From an uncultured Clostridia bacterium (GTDB taxonomy: Bacteria; Bacillota; Clostridia; Christensenellales; UBA1242): a stretch of DNA of 64,000 nucleotides. Numbering within the stretch: position 1 is the stretch's first letter; each line of letters starts with the position of its first letter. The notes beneath the pieces are model-generated. The model ran no database searches, had not been told where the DNA came from, and saw nothing but the letters and a program-made list of their open reading frames with translations. The stretch is taken from contig CALWKF010000002.1 of NCBI GenBank assembly GCA_944381215.1, forward strand, positions 55,174-119,173, in the 5' to 3' direction. The position numbers and the translations under genes are program-made. Positions 8,070 through 18,318 of this stretch are shown piece after piece.

Positions 8070-9347
8070 TTACTTTTTCCAAACTTTTTTGCGTTTAAAA
8101 TCCTTTTCTCGACCATTTTGGCTTGGCTCATAGTAAACTCTATCCTGTAGACCATCGGGCATATATTGTTGATATACATAGCCTCCAAAATCGTGTGGAT
8201 ACTTATATTTGGGCGCATTTTTGTCTATATGATAATTTTTTAAATGCTCGGGGACTCTATCATTTCGATAACTTTCAGCATCTTTTTTTGCGCGATTGAG
8301 GGCAGTTATTACGCTATTTGATTTAGGTGCTTCGCAAACGTAAATAATCGCATGAGAAAGCGGAATATTCCCTTCAGGCATTCCTAGGTTTTTGACAGCG
8401 ACCAAGGCGCAAGTCGCAAGCAGTAGTGCATTACTATCCGCTATACCAACGTCTTCACTCGCATGTGCCATAAGCCTGCGCGCAATAATTAACGGGTCGC
8501 ACCCTGCTGAAATTAAGCGATTACTCCAAAAAAGCGCAGCCTCGGCATCACTACCACGCAAACTCTTACAAAACGCCGACAACATATCGTAAAATATATT
8601 TTCATCGACACTTAAAGCCTTTGACTGAATAGATTGCTCCGCAACGATTTTATCTATTACAATTCGCCCATCTTTATCTAGTGGCGTTGTTCTAGCGGCA
8701 AGTTCGAGTGCCCCAAGAGCCGTACGCAGATCGCCTGCACTTACCCACGCATAGTGGTGTTTTGCCTCGTCCGTAAGCACAATATTTAACTTGCCAAGTC
8801 CCCTTTCTTTGTCCGCAACCGCCCTTTCAAGTGCCTTTATAATGTTTTCTTCGGACAAAGGCTTGAACTCAAAGATTCGACAACGCGATACAATTGCAGG
8901 TGTCATCGAAAACTGCGGGTTTTCAGTGGTCGAGCCGATAAAGACGATGCATCCCTCTTCAATCGCAGACAACACGCTATCGCTCTGCGCCTTGTTCCAA
9001 CGGTGGCACTCATCTAGTAATAAATAGGTCTTTTTACCAAATAACTGGTAATCTTTTCTAGCCTCATCAATAACCTTTTTTGCATCTGCCACACCACTAG
9101 ACACTGCGTTTAATTTTACAAAGTTAGAGTTGGTGGTGTTTGTAATGATATGCGCTAGGGTTGTCTTCCCTGTCCCTGGTGGTCCGTAGAAAATACAACT
9201 ACCTAACATATCACTCATGATAGCACGACGGAGTAGACTATTTTTCCCAACTATATGTTCCTGTCCCACGAACTCATCTAGAGTATTTGGCCTCATTCTT
9301 TCGTACAAGGGCGCATTTTGTTTTGTATTGACATCAAATAAATCCAT
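8070..9347 (-). CDS. rarA: Replication-associated recombination protein A (AAA+ ATPase RarA/MgsA)
   Basis: Walker A GPPGTGKTT, LLLDECHRWNK and the MgsA C-terminal helical domain (DMLSAFCKSLRGSD, YVCEAPKSN) are present. The likely start is MDLFD at 9347; a GTG at 9374 is the alternative. Confidence 0.9.
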   Translation of the reverse strand: MDLFDVNTKQNAPLYERMRPNTLDEFVGQEHIVGKNSLLRRAIMSDMLGSCIFYGPPGTGKTTLAHIITNTTNSNFVKLNAVSSGVADAKKVIDEARKDYQLFGKKTYLLLDECHRWNKAQSDSVLSAIEEGCIVFIGSTTENPQFSMTPAIVSRCRIFEFKPLSEENIIKALERAVADKERGLGKLNIVLTDEAKHHYAWVSAGDLRTALGALELAARTTPLDKDGRIVIDKIVAEQSIQSKALSVDENIFYDMLSAFCKSLRGSDAEAALFWSNRLISAGCDPLIIARRLMAHASEDVGIADSNALLLATCALVAVKNLGMPEGNIPLSHAIIYVCEAPKSNSVITALNRAKKDAESYRNDRVPEHLKNYHIDKNAPKYKYPHDFGGYVYQQYMPDGLQDRVYYEPSQNGREKDFKRKKVWKK

Positions 9348-9394
9348 ATTTACCTCGTACCTATATTTTATCACATTTGCGCCTAAATTGCAAC

Positions 9395-11017
9395 CTATAT
9401 AAATTCAATTATAAAGTTACTAGGATACTCTACTAAATCTAAAAACTCCACCCCACTCATTACTATATTTTCAACTTTTAAATTACGCCCAAAGCCTTGT
9501 TTAATTAAATGAATGTTATGTCCATGCATAAAAATTTCAATATTAAATCGAGCATCAATATCTGGTTCTAAAAACAATTTCGTTCCGCTTAATCTTAGCC
9601 CCAAAACTACATTTAAGTAATACTCATATTCCATACTCTTCTTTATCGTCTTTTTATCTAAAACAGCATCTAGAACGCGATTACTGAGAGCGTCATCTGT
9701 AATATATGGGAGAATTTTCTTAAAATAAACGCACTTTTGTAAGGTTATAGCTTGTAAATTTTTACTTAGCGAGTTGTAGAGCAAAGCTTTTACATCGCTA
9801 CGCCCTAGTAAGTCATACCTTTCAAATACATTAATATAAGTTATTAATAAATTCGCCAACAAAAACTGCTGATTTACATTTAAAAATGTAGGATTGAGTA
9901 GACTAAATAATGTGTCTATACAAAGGTAAACGCCATGTAGTGTAAGTCTGTTTAAATTATACAAAAATGAATTAATTGATACACTTTTGGGAAATCTACC
10001 CCCTTCTCCTTTAATTAATTCACTAAATAAAAAAGTATTTTCTATTACCTTTGGCAATATTTCAACAACTGCCTTTCTTTTTTCTGTTGCACTGATGTAC
10101 AAAAACATTTCTTTTAGAATAACACATTGTGAGTACGAAAAATCACCATTAACCTTGATAACGATTTCGAAATTAGTGAGCAAATCTTTAATAAATAACG
10201 TATTCTTGCTACGGCTGAATCGCAAAATCTTGGACAACCCCAGTTTATCTAAACTCAAAAAACATTTGGTAAAACAAAACTCACGACCAATCTTTTCTAA
10301 AAATAAACTGTTCTTGGTTTTTGGAATGTAGATTTTTAAATTTTTAGAATCGAGTAATTCGCTAAGATATCTCCTCTTTAACGCGTTTTCGGGCGATAAA
10401 GTTATATTAAACTTAGGAATGCTTTCCCAATTTGATGTATCAATAAAGCCAAAATATTCTGTTAAAATTTGCTTGTTTTCTTGTCTAACCGCTCTTAGTT
10501 TAAGATCTTCATAATTAATACTTGCCTCATTATTGATTTCACCATTAAAAGACAAAACTCTGCCACCCTGCACTTCGAGATTTTTAAAGCCTGTAAAAAT
10601 TAACTTCTGTTTTTCAATAGATAACGCTTGATGTCTGCTGTCAAATGTAAATTTGCTATTGGGCCTTGTTACTGAAAAGTTAAATTGGCCATTACCTTTA
10701 ATCTTTATACAATTTTTATCAAAAACGAGTAAAAAATTTTTAATACGCATAAAAGCACGATTTTCATTGCACAACATATCTTCACATTTGTCGAAAGAGA
10801 ATAATAGTTTCGTATTTTTTACTATTAGTGCTACCACGATATTGGGCACAATTATAAGTTTTGCATTACTATTAAAAAAAATCGTGCTAAGCCGATACCC
10901 ACACACTTTTGAATGTAATTTTCTTGTGCTATATATTATTGGCTTATTTAAAAACTTAAAAAGAATAAGTAAAGAAAAGGCAGTAACCAATATACTAGAA
11001 ATTATTATACTAATCAT
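9395..11017 (-). CDS. Hypothetical protein, AT-rich orphan with an N-terminal TM helix
   Basis: Long uninterrupted 540-aa ORF rich in Asn/Lys/Ile/Phe. I recognised no motif. Confidence 0.5.
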   Translation of the reverse strand: MISIIISSILVTAFSLLILFKFLNKPIIYSTRKLHSKVCGYRLSTIFFNSNAKLIIVPNIVVALIVKNTKLLFSFDKCEDMLCNENRAFMRIKNFLLVFDKNCIKIKGNGQFNFSVTRPNSKFTFDSRHQALSIEKQKLIFTGFKNLEVQGGRVLSFNGEINNEASINYEDLKLRAVRQENKQILTEYFGFIDTSNWESIPKFNITLSPENALKRRYLSELLDSKNLKIYIPKTKNSLFLEKIGREFCFTKCFLSLDKLGLSKILRFSRSKNTLFIKDLLTNFEIVIKVNGDFSYSQCVILKEMFLYISATEKRKAVVEILPKVIENTFLFSELIKGEGGRFPKSVSINSFLYNLNRLTLHGVYLCIDTLFSLLNPTFLNVNQQFLLANLLITYINVFERYDLLGRSDVKALLYNSLSKNLQAITLQKCVYFKKILPYITDDALSNRVLDAVLDKKTIKKSMEYEYYLNVVLGLRLSGTKLFLEPDIDARFNIEIFMHGHNIHLIKQGFGRNLKVENIVMSGVEFLDLVEYPSNFIIEFI

Positions 11018-11053
11018 ATATTGATTATTGCCATAAAAAGAGAAATAAAAAGA

Positions 11054-11085
11054 GTGTGTTTAAAATTTTTCAATTTTAAACACAC
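11054..11085 (-). terminator. Perfect hairpin downstream of rnpB
   Basis: GTGTGTTTAAAATT-tttc-AATTTTAAACACAC, followed by a T-rich tract on the minus strand. Confidence 0.6.
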
Positions 11086-11090
11086 CCCAC

Positions 11091-11491
11091 CCTGTAGCAT
11101 GGTCTGTAAGCCGAGTTCTGTCGAGGACGGCCATCTATCTAGACACTTTGTCGCCAAAGTGTTCAAGCGATGTATAGCGGGAGCGAGCGGGCAACTCTTA
11201 TTTGCCCCCTTATCTTGCACAAGGTGGGGTTTACAGAGCGTACAAATATCACTATCCGTACCGGTGGTCTCTTAAACCACCTTTCCATCCTTACCGCTGT
11301 AACTTTTTGTGAAAAAATAGGAGGTATGATACTTAATATCAAAAAACACAAAAATAGACAAATTAGCGGCGGTTTATTTCTGTTGCACTTTCCTTGGAGT
11401 CGCCTCCACAAGATGTTATCTTGCACCTTGCCCTGCTGTGCTCGGACTTTCCTAATTTGCGGTTGCAAATTCGGCCGCCCGACCAGCTACA
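11091..11491 (-). ncRNA. rnpB: RNase P RNA (about 401 nt, probably type B)
   Basis: Minus strand carries AGGAAAGTCCGAGC (the conserved GAGGAAAGTCCGGGC block) and ACAGAACTCGGCTTACAG (the ACAGAA.CCGGCTTA block). P1 pairing joins TGTAGCTGGTC (5') to GACCATGCTACA (3'). The region is GC-rich, and its overlapping ORFs are spurious. Confidence 0.85.
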
Positions 11492-11496
11492 TTGGT

Positions 11497-11525
11497 AGTA
11501 TAGCATAAAGTTTTAAAAAATGCAA
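11497..11525 (-). promoter_or_regulatory. Promoter of rnpB
   Basis: TTGCAT - 17 nt - (TGc)TATACT on the minus strand. It places the start about 6 nt upstream of P1. Confidence 0.6.
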
Positions 11526-11676
11526 TACCTTTTTTTAAAAAAATATGCAAATTTGCTTGACAAATTGAATTTTAGGCTAAAAATAAGCAAAAAACTGCCC
11601 ATTTTGACCTAAAAAATTTAAAAAATTATGTTTTTAGGTATGCAAATGCATAAAATTTAGGCAGTTTTTTATAATT

Positions 11677-12831
11677 TTAGGATGCTAAAACAATCTTTTC
11701 GGAGAGTTCGTTTAGCATATTTGTTAGATTCTTGTATTCACAATTAAAGAAATCTGTAACAATTGCTCTGTAACCTAATTCGGTAGTATTTAAGTTTTCC
11801 ACATTCTCCTCGGATGCATCGTAGTGCTTTAAGGCCTCCAAGGTCATCTCGTACCCGTTTTGGAAGATATATTCATAGCTTCTAACGGAATTGAAGGTTG
11901 TAATTGCAGACTGTTCTTGAGATGTGGGGGTGCCCTCTTTATTTTCAAAAGCCTGGATGGTGTCAGCAATGTCCATATAGGAATCAAGTGCACTATTTAT
12001 ATCAGCACAATAGTTTGGATATGTATAGGCCTCTACATATTCAAAACCAGCGGTACCACCGTTGTCAACAGTAATCGATGTGGTTCCAGACTTATCGTAA
12101 ATATTAACCAAATATACATTGATATAAACATCTGCAAGTGAAGTTAACGACTTTAAGAAGAACTTGTCAATACTGCCGATTGCTGGCCTACCATCGGGTC
12201 TAGTAGCCGTGTCGTCGCTCACATTATAACGCTCAAAAGCGTCGATAAACTGCTTTGAGAAGTTGTTAGCAGTTACTACTAGATTTGCGTAATCATCTAA
12301 TAATTCCTCTAACCATGTTTGGTCAATTGCGTTAAGTTTACCATCTTCACCTATATAGAACGTACCCTTATTATCAAAGCGATTTTTGCTGTAAACGAAG
12401 TCATCGGTGGCATTTATTAAGTCTTGAAGACTGTTGTATAACGAAGTGCTGGCTGAAGTGGGTACATTTATACCTGTGGTAACATTAATGTAATTGCGGA
12501 CATAGAGCATGGTAGCCTTTAACGTGGGTTCAAAAATTGCCTGGTCACTATTTGTATCACCAATTAGACGAGTAACTTTTGTAAGTTTAGTATCAAGGTC
12601 AGTCCGCCTAATGTAGGTATTCATTTGGTCGTTTTCATAGATTATGTCAATGTATCCGTTTTCATCAAAAATTTCGCCCTTGTATTCCTCGACATAGTCT
12701 TGATATGCAAGTTGGAACTCGGAGTATGTATACTGCGTTTCTCCACAACCACTAAAAAGCGGAATGGAGCACAAAAACATTGCAATCGCCATTAAACCGA
12801 AAATCGGTTTAGAAATAGTTATTTTCTTCAT
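11677..12831 (-). CDS. Hypothetical lipoprotein
   Basis: Signal peptide with lipobox LFSG|C. The TAATG overlap with the upstream ORF indicates translational coupling. Confidence 0.65.
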   Translation of the reverse strand: MKKITISKPIFGLMAIAMFLCSIPLFSGCGETQYTYSEFQLAYQDYVEEYKGEIFDENGYIDIIYENDQMNTYIRRTDLDTKLTKVTRLIGDTNSDQAIFEPTLKATMLYVRNYINVTTGINVPTSASTSLYNSLQDLINATDDFVYSKNRFDNKGTFYIGEDGKLNAIDQTWLEELLDDYANLVVTANNFSKQFIDAFERYNVSDDTATRPDGRPAIGSIDKFFLKSLTSLADVYINVYLVNIYDKSGTTSITVDNGGTAGFEYVEAYTYPNYCADINSALDSYMDIADTIQAFENKEGTPTSQEQSAITTFNSVRSYEYIFQNGYEMTLEALKHYDASEENVENLNTTELGYRAIVTDFFNCEYKNLTNMLNELSEKIVLAS

Positions 12832-13760
12832 TATAACCTCCCCGACAACCCAAGCCCAGCGGCAACAATACGCAACTGAGCCTTCAATTCGTCGTTTGCG
12901 CTATTAAAATAACTAGATTTGTCTACGGCATTGTAAAATTCGGTAAAATCATAACTCATGTTTGACACAAGGCTAATAAATTCATCTAGGTTTAGACCTG
13001 AGTTTGATTGTTCCGTAAAGTTTGTTTGCTTGCACTCTACATAAAATCTAGCCATGGCGATGCTGTCCTGATATAACGTATTTCCAACGCCCGATTCGCT
13101 ATCTAGTGCGGTGTTAACTAGGCCTGATTGGATATTTAAGGCATACGATTGCGCATACTTTTGACTGATAAATGGATTTACATTTTGGTAATAGTGGCTG
13201 GTTACATAGTTAAAGGTTTGGGACACAATCGAGTGGAAAATGTCCTGAAGTCTTATAAAATCGTTTAGGAAAAAGCCAAAATTTCTAGACACCTCGGCAT
13301 ACAACTCATTATCTTGCCCGCCATTTCCCAAAAGCGCGTGAGTGGTATTAAATAGTTCCTGACTGTGTACCACCTCTGCAAGGGTCGTTTCATAATTTGA
13401 AATTAAATTATCAAGGTTCCTTATGACCTCGCCATCAACATCGCCGACATAGACAAGAAGGTCCTTGTATGCGTCAAGAATTTGGCTGTCCATATAATAT
13501 GCGAGGTACACATTTTTATAATTAATATTCCCCGCATCGGTATTTGCGTATGTATAGTAGTCGCCCGACTCCAATCCGCCTATATTTTGCTCAAAGGTGG
13601 CTTGATTTTCCGAAGTCAAAACTCTCACCATTTCTTCATACGTGTTTCCTCGCGAATCCCCGCCCCTGATTACCAAAAAGTAAATTAATGCAGCGATACC
13701 AGCGAGCAAAATTAGTACTACGACAACCCTAGCGATAATTACGCCAACAGATTTTGCCAT
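12831..13760 (-). CDS. Hypothetical membrane-anchored protein
   Basis: N-terminal TM anchor (VVVVLILLAGIAALIYFLVI) followed by an extracytoplasmic domain. Translationally coupled to the lipoprotein gene. Confidence 0.6.
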   Translation of the reverse strand: MAKSVGVIIARVVVVLILLAGIAALIYFLVIRGGDSRGNTYEEMVRVLTSENQATFEQNIGGLESGDYYTYANTDAGNINYKNVYLAYYMDSQILDAYKDLLVYVGDVDGEVIRNLDNLISNYETTLAEVVHSQELFNTTHALLGNGGQDNELYAEVSRNFGFFLNDFIRLQDIFHSIVSQTFNYVTSHYYQNVNPFISQKYAQSYALNIQSGLVNTALDSESGVGNTLYQDSIAMARFYVECKQTNFTEQSNSGLNLDEFISLVSNMSYDFTEFYNAVDKSSYFNSANDELKAQLRIVAAGLGLSGRL

Positions 13761-13774
13761 AATTTCCTCCCTTT

Positions 13775-14419
13775 TTAATAAACTTTAACTAGTCGTTCAA
13801 CATCAAAATAAGTCCAAGGCTTGCCTTCTTGGGGCATTGCCTTAAAGGTGCGGTGCCCGTCGCCAGCGATATCTGGGAAACCGACACTGTGTAAAATTAG
13901 CGCAGTGTGCGTGTTTTTTGCAAGCGTGTCGCCCTTGTAGACCTTGTCCCCGAAAACGGGGGTACCTAGGTCGGCAAGCATGAACCTGACACTTCCCTTC
14001 CTATACTTACGAGCCTTTACTGACAAAAGCGAAATGTTTTGCACCGAACTTAATACTACGTAGTCTAGCGCAATATGTTCCGCCCCCGCGTTAAGCATGG
14101 GAACGTGCCCGAGTTTGTGCTCGACCTTGTCGTAGGCAATGTATGCCGAGTACATATCGCGCTCCTTTTGGGGCTTCCCTACTATAACGGCTAGAAATTC
14201 AAGAGAAAACTCGCCGTTTTTGTAAAAGTCAGCAAGCGTCTTATAGGTCTGCTTGTCCTTTGCAAATACTACAATTCCGCCCGCCACATCATCGAGGTCG
14301 TAAATTGGGGCAAGCTTTTCATCCCCCGCCTTAACGCGCGCGATAAAGTCTTGCATACTCTCGCCCTGCGACTTATATGCAACTAGCATTTTGTCGTTAT
14401 TTTCTAAAATATCGCTCAT
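13775..14419 (-). CDS. RluA-family pseudouridine synthase-like protein (divergent, no S4 domain)
   Basis: YDLDDVAGGIVVFAK resembles HRLDxxTSGLLxFAK. FLAVIVGKP resembles YxALVxGxP. ARKYRKGSVRFMLADLGTPVFGDKVY resembles TGRTHQIRVHLAxLGxPIxGDxxY. The likely start MSDIL at 14419 lies 2 nt after the ileS stop. The position mirrors ileS-...-rluD in Bacillus. Confidence 0.55.
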   Translation of the reverse strand: MSDILENNDKMLVAYKSQGESMQDFIARVKAGDEKLAPIYDLDDVAGGIVVFAKDKQTYKTLADFYKNGEFSLEFLAVIVGKPQKERDMYSAYIAYDKVEHKLGHVPMLNAGAEHIALDYVVLSSVQNISLLSVKARKYRKGSVRFMLADLGTPVFGDKVYKGDTLAKNTHTALILHSVGFPDIAGDGHRTFKAMPQEGKPWTYFDVERLVKVY

Positions 14420-14421
14420 AA

Positions 14422-17400
14422 CTATACCTTTTGAATACTTATTTTGCACTCAATTCCGTTTATATTCTCTACAATTACATTATCAAATAAACTTCCGCGT
14501 GTCAACTCATTTGCGAGTATTACACTCGAAATAGTAGATTTGTACTCATCGAGCACATGAGAGAGAGTGTCGTCTGTTTCGTAATGTACTAAAATGTTAT
14601 CCTCCACCGCAAGTCCCGACTCCTTACGCAAATTCTGCACTTTGCTGATAAACTCGCGCGCATAGCCCTCGTTTATTAACTCTTGTGTTAAAGTGGTATC
14701 CAAAATTATGGTAATACCAGCGTCCGTTTCCGCCGTAAAGTTAGGCAGGCTGTGTGGATATATTAGCACGTCGCCATTAGATAGAGTAATTCCCTCCTCT
14801 TTGTCTACCACAATTTCGCCACCACTCTCTAAGGTGTTAACGACCTCGTAGGCATCGCAGTTGTTTAGGTATTCGCGGATGATATTTAAATTCTTGCCAT
14901 ACTTTGGCCCTAGGGTTTTGAGTTGTGGCTTTAATTCAAAGGAAATGTACTTCTCAGGTGTCGCGATTATGCTAACCTCTTTTACATTGAGGTCATCGGC
15001 GACGATGTCGAGTAAGTCTTGGTTTAAGTCAATCTTGTGCGTTGAGTAAATATACAAGTTCGACAAAGGCTGGCGGTTTTTGATACTGCTAGCATTTCTT
15101 GCGGCGCGCCCAAGTTCTACAATTTTAATTACCTCACGCATCTGCTCGTTTAGGGTTTCATTAATTAAGCTCTTGTCTGCCTGCGGATAATCACATAGGT
15201 GGACACTCTCTACCTTGTTTGGTAGCACGGTCGCGAGATTTTGGTAAATATTATCACTGATAAACGGCATAAATGGTGCCGAAATCTTGGTCAATTCAAT
15301 AAGGACATAGTATAAGGTGTTGAAGGCCGCGGTCTTGTCCTCATTCACCCCGTCGAGCCAAAATCTCTCACGGCTACGGCGGACATACCAGTTAGAAAGG
15401 TTGTCGATAAAGTCGGCAATTTCGCGCGTGCTGGTGGTAAAGTCAAAGTCAGCCATATACTTTTCAATTCTCGCCTCCAAGGCATTCAGTTGCGAGAGTA
15501 GCCACTTGTCCATTAGGTTTAGTTTGCAATCGTTTAACGGGGTTGGCTTGAAGTCATCGAGGTTTGCGTAGAGCACAAAAAAGGAGTATGTGTTCCACAG
15601 AGTCGAAATAGTCTTTCTCTGCACCTCGGCAAGTCCGTCCTCGTCGAGTTTTTGGCCAAACCATGGTGCTGAATTCGAGCAGAAATAGAATCTAACTGTG
15701 TCGGCACCATATTTGTCGATTAGGTCGTTGACGTCGATAACGTTACCCAAAGATTTACTCATCTTTTGCCCGTTTTTGTCGGCAACATGACCGCACATTA
15801 CAACGGCTTTGTATGGAGTCGTATGGAATATAGTCGTCCCAATTGCCTGCAATGAATAGAACCACCCGCGCGTCTGGTCCTGCGCCTCACAAATAAAGTC
15901 TGCGGGGAATTGCTCTTTAAACTTGTCCGCATTCTCAAAGGGATAGTGCCACTGTGCAAAAGGCATTGCGCCCGAGTCGTACCAGCAGTCGATTACCTGT
16001 GGCACGCGCTCCATGGTACCCCCACACTCGCACGGGAATGTAAACTGGTCGATGTAGGGCTTGTGCAGGTCTTTAATCTCGGTTGCACCTGTTAGGTCGC
16101 ATAGTTCCTGTCTGCTACCTACCGAGTGGAGTTTTCCGCACTGGTTACACTTCCAAATGTTTAGCGGAGTGCCCCAGTATCTATCACGCGACAAGTTCCA
16201 GTCGATTGCGTTGCTTAGGAAATTGCCCATGCGTCCGTCCTTTACAGACTCGGGGTGCCACGATACCATGTTATTGTTTTTAACCATCGCCTCGCGGTAC
16301 TTACTCATGCGGACAAACCACCCACTGCGTGCGTAGTAAATAAGCGGTGTGTGGCATCTCCAGCAATGCGGATACTCGTGCTCGTACATTTGCTCGCGTA
16401 CAACCACCCCACGCGCCTTTAAGTCGTCGATAATCTCGCCGTTTGCTACAATATTACGCTTGCCTGCATATTTAGGCAAATCGTCGGTAAAACAGCCTTT
16501 CTCGTCGATAAGCTTTAAGAAAGGCAAGTTGTATGCGTTGCCGACATTTGAGTCATCCACACCAAAGGCGGGCGCGGAGTGCACAATTCCCGTACCGTCA
16601 GATAGCGTAACATAGTCAGCACAAGTAACATAGTATGCCTTTTTGTCCTCAAAGAGCGTCTCGGGCAGGCTAAACAAGGGCTCGTACTCGGTAAACTCGA
16701 GGTCTTTGCCCGTAAACCTAGCCACAACATCGTATTCCTCAAAGAGCTTTGAAACCAGATTTTCTGCCATTATGTAGTGTTCAGTGCTATCTTTTGGCAC
16801 GATTTCTACGTAACTAAACTCGGGGTTTACGGTAAGGGCAACGTTACTAGGCAGTGTCCACGGGGTTGTGGTCCATGCTAAAAAGTAAGCATTTTCTCTG
16901 TCCTTTAACTTAAATTTAACGTACACGGTGCGGTCTTTTACTGTCTCATACCCTTGCGCCACCTCATGACTCGCAAGGCTCGTGCCACAGCGCGGACAAT
17001 ACGGCCCAACGCGATACCCTTCATAAATGTCGCCCTGCTCAAATAGTCGTTTTAACGACCACCAAACAGACTCAATATAGTTATTGTCACAAGTAACATA
17101 GGCATCGTCGAGATTTACCCAAAAGCCAATCTTTTTGGTGGCAATTTTCCACTCGTTCTCGTACTCGTTTATGATGCGCTTACACTCGTCGACAAATTTT
17201 TGGACGCCTACGCCCTCGATTTCAAACTTGTTCTTTATCCCTAGATTCTTCTCGGCCTTTTGCTCAACTGGGAGGCCGTGAGTGTCCCAACCTGCTTTAC
17301 GTAGCACCTTGTTACCCTTCATCGAGTAGTAGCGGAGCACGGTGTCCTTGTAAATACGCGTACTACCATGGCCGATGTGCGGGAGCCCGTTCATACCTGG

Positions 17401-17541
17401 AGGTCCCTCGTAGAACACAAAGGGCTTATTACCCTCGCGTACCTTTTCGCTTTTTTCAAATATATCATTCTTATCCCAAAATTCTAGCACTTCTTTGTCT
17501 AGTTCAGGCAAATTCATTTTGCTGTCAACTTTTTTAAACAT
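14422..17541 (-). CDS. ileS: Isoleucine--tRNA ligase, long (type 2-like) form
   Basis: HIGH motif (PHIGHG), KMSKS, CP1 editing domain and zinc-knuckle cysteines are present. The 1039-aa length and the N-terminus FYEGPPGMNGLPHIGH are typical of the type-2 form. Confidence 0.95.
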   Translation of the reverse strand: MFKKVDSKMNLPELDKEVLEFWDKNDIFEKSEKVREGNKPFVFYEGPPGMNGLPHIGHGSTRIYKDTVLRYYSMKGNKVLRKAGWDTHGLPVEQKAEKNLGIKNKFEIEGVGVQKFVDECKRIINEYENEWKIATKKIGFWVNLDDAYVTCDNNYIESVWWSLKRLFEQGDIYEGYRVGPYCPRCGTSLASHEVAQGYETVKDRTVYVKFKLKDRENAYFLAWTTTPWTLPSNVALTVNPEFSYVEIVPKDSTEHYIMAENLVSKLFEEYDVVARFTGKDLEFTEYEPLFSLPETLFEDKKAYYVTCADYVTLSDGTGIVHSAPAFGVDDSNVGNAYNLPFLKLIDEKGCFTDDLPKYAGKRNIVANGEIIDDLKARGVVVREQMYEHEYPHCWRCHTPLIYYARSGWFVRMSKYREAMVKNNNMVSWHPESVKDGRMGNFLSNAIDWNLSRDRYWGTPLNIWKCNQCGKLHSVGSRQELCDLTGATEIKDLHKPYIDQFTFPCECGGTMERVPQVIDCWYDSGAMPFAQWHYPFENADKFKEQFPADFICEAQDQTRGWFYSLQAIGTTIFHTTPYKAVVMCGHVADKNGQKMSKSLGNVIDVNDLIDKYGADTVRFYFCSNSAPWFGQKLDEDGLAEVQRKTISTLWNTYSFFVLYANLDDFKPTPLNDCKLNLMDKWLLSQLNALEARIEKYMADFDFTTSTREIADFIDNLSNWYVRRSRERFWLDGVNEDKTAAFNTLYYVLIELTKISAPFMPFISDNIYQNLATVLPNKVESVHLCDYPQADKSLINETLNEQMREVIKIVELGRAARNASSIKNRQPLSNLYIYSTHKIDLNQDLLDIVADDLNVKEVSIIATPEKYISFELKPQLKTLGPKYGKNLNIIREYLNNCDAYEVVNTLESGGEIVVDKEEGITLSNGDVLIYPHSLPNFTAETDAGITIILDTTLTQELINEGYAREFISKVQNLRKESGLAVEDNILVHYETDDTLSHVLDEYKSTISSVILANELTRGSLFDNVIVENINGIECKISIQKV

Positions 17542-17555
17542 AATTACCTCTGTTA

Positions 17556-18296
17556 TTATACATCGTAGTCTTCTACCACTTTATTTAAATCAATTATATC
17601 AGCGGTGGTAATGATACTAATTGGACGCTCTAAATTACTCCCATTTTTAGTCAGCACCACTGCTTGAAGGCGTCTATTATTATAAAATAGGTCGAGTGCC
17701 TCCTGTACGGTTAGATTTTTAGGGCGAATGGCAAACACCCTGCCGATATCCTGCTCCGAGATTACATCGCGGACCGCCGTCTTTGATGCAAAGTCATCAA
17801 TATTTACGCCATTACCTACCTGCATGCCGAGCACATTTACAATTCGACCTGCATTAATTACCCCAGCAATAGTTTCGTTATCGCAGACGGGAATCGACTT
17901 AAAACCAGTCTTATAAATGGTTTCCAATGCCTTTTTTAACGAAATTCCGCCGTCGAGGACTAACACATTTTTAGTTGCGATACTGTCTAGTACTTGTGGA
18001 GGCCTTGCGACAAGGTCGGCAATCCTCTCCATTTCGAGAACAACATCGTCGTGGGGCTCGGCAATAATTCGCTCCTCATTACTGTTATGTATGATTGCGT
18101 TTCTAAGGCGCGCGTAGTCGATTAGTTTATCCTCATACTTTCTAACTACGCTATTTAACGACACTGCACGCCTAATCATATCGCTAAACGTTATATTGCG
18201 CTTGAAATTATACACAGCGCGCAGAGTTTGGTCGATTTGATTATATGCATTTATAAATCTAATTGCGTTTGATTCTTTTGGTGTTCTTATATCCAT
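17556..18296 (-). CDS. CBS domain-containing protein
   Basis: A C-terminal CBS pair (..GFKSIPVCDNETIAGVI.., ..LQAVVLTKNG..ISIITTADI) follows a helical N-terminal domain. The probable start is MDIRTP at 18296. Only 14 nt separate it from ileS. Confidence 0.7.
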   Translation of the reverse strand: MDIRTPKESNAIRFINAYNQIDQTLRAVYNFKRNITFSDMIRRAVSLNSVVRKYEDKLIDYARLRNAIIHNSNEERIIAEPHDDVVLEMERIADLVARPPQVLDSIATKNVLVLDGGISLKKALETIYKTGFKSIPVCDNETIAGVINAGRIVNVLGMQVGNGVNIDDFASKTAVRDVISEQDIGRVFAIRPKNLTVQEALDLFYNNRRLQAVVLTKNGSNLERPISIITTADIIDLNKVVEDYDV

Positions 18297-18318
18297 ATTT
18301 TTATACCTCGTATTTTTA

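Noticed and set aside
11014-11508. Four overlapping ORFs of 68-112 aa on both strands (11014..11220, 11021..11275, 11163..11468, 11170..11508).
   Set aside because: They lie entirely within the RNase P RNA gene and its hairpin terminator. The open frames are a by-product of the GC-rich structured RNA.
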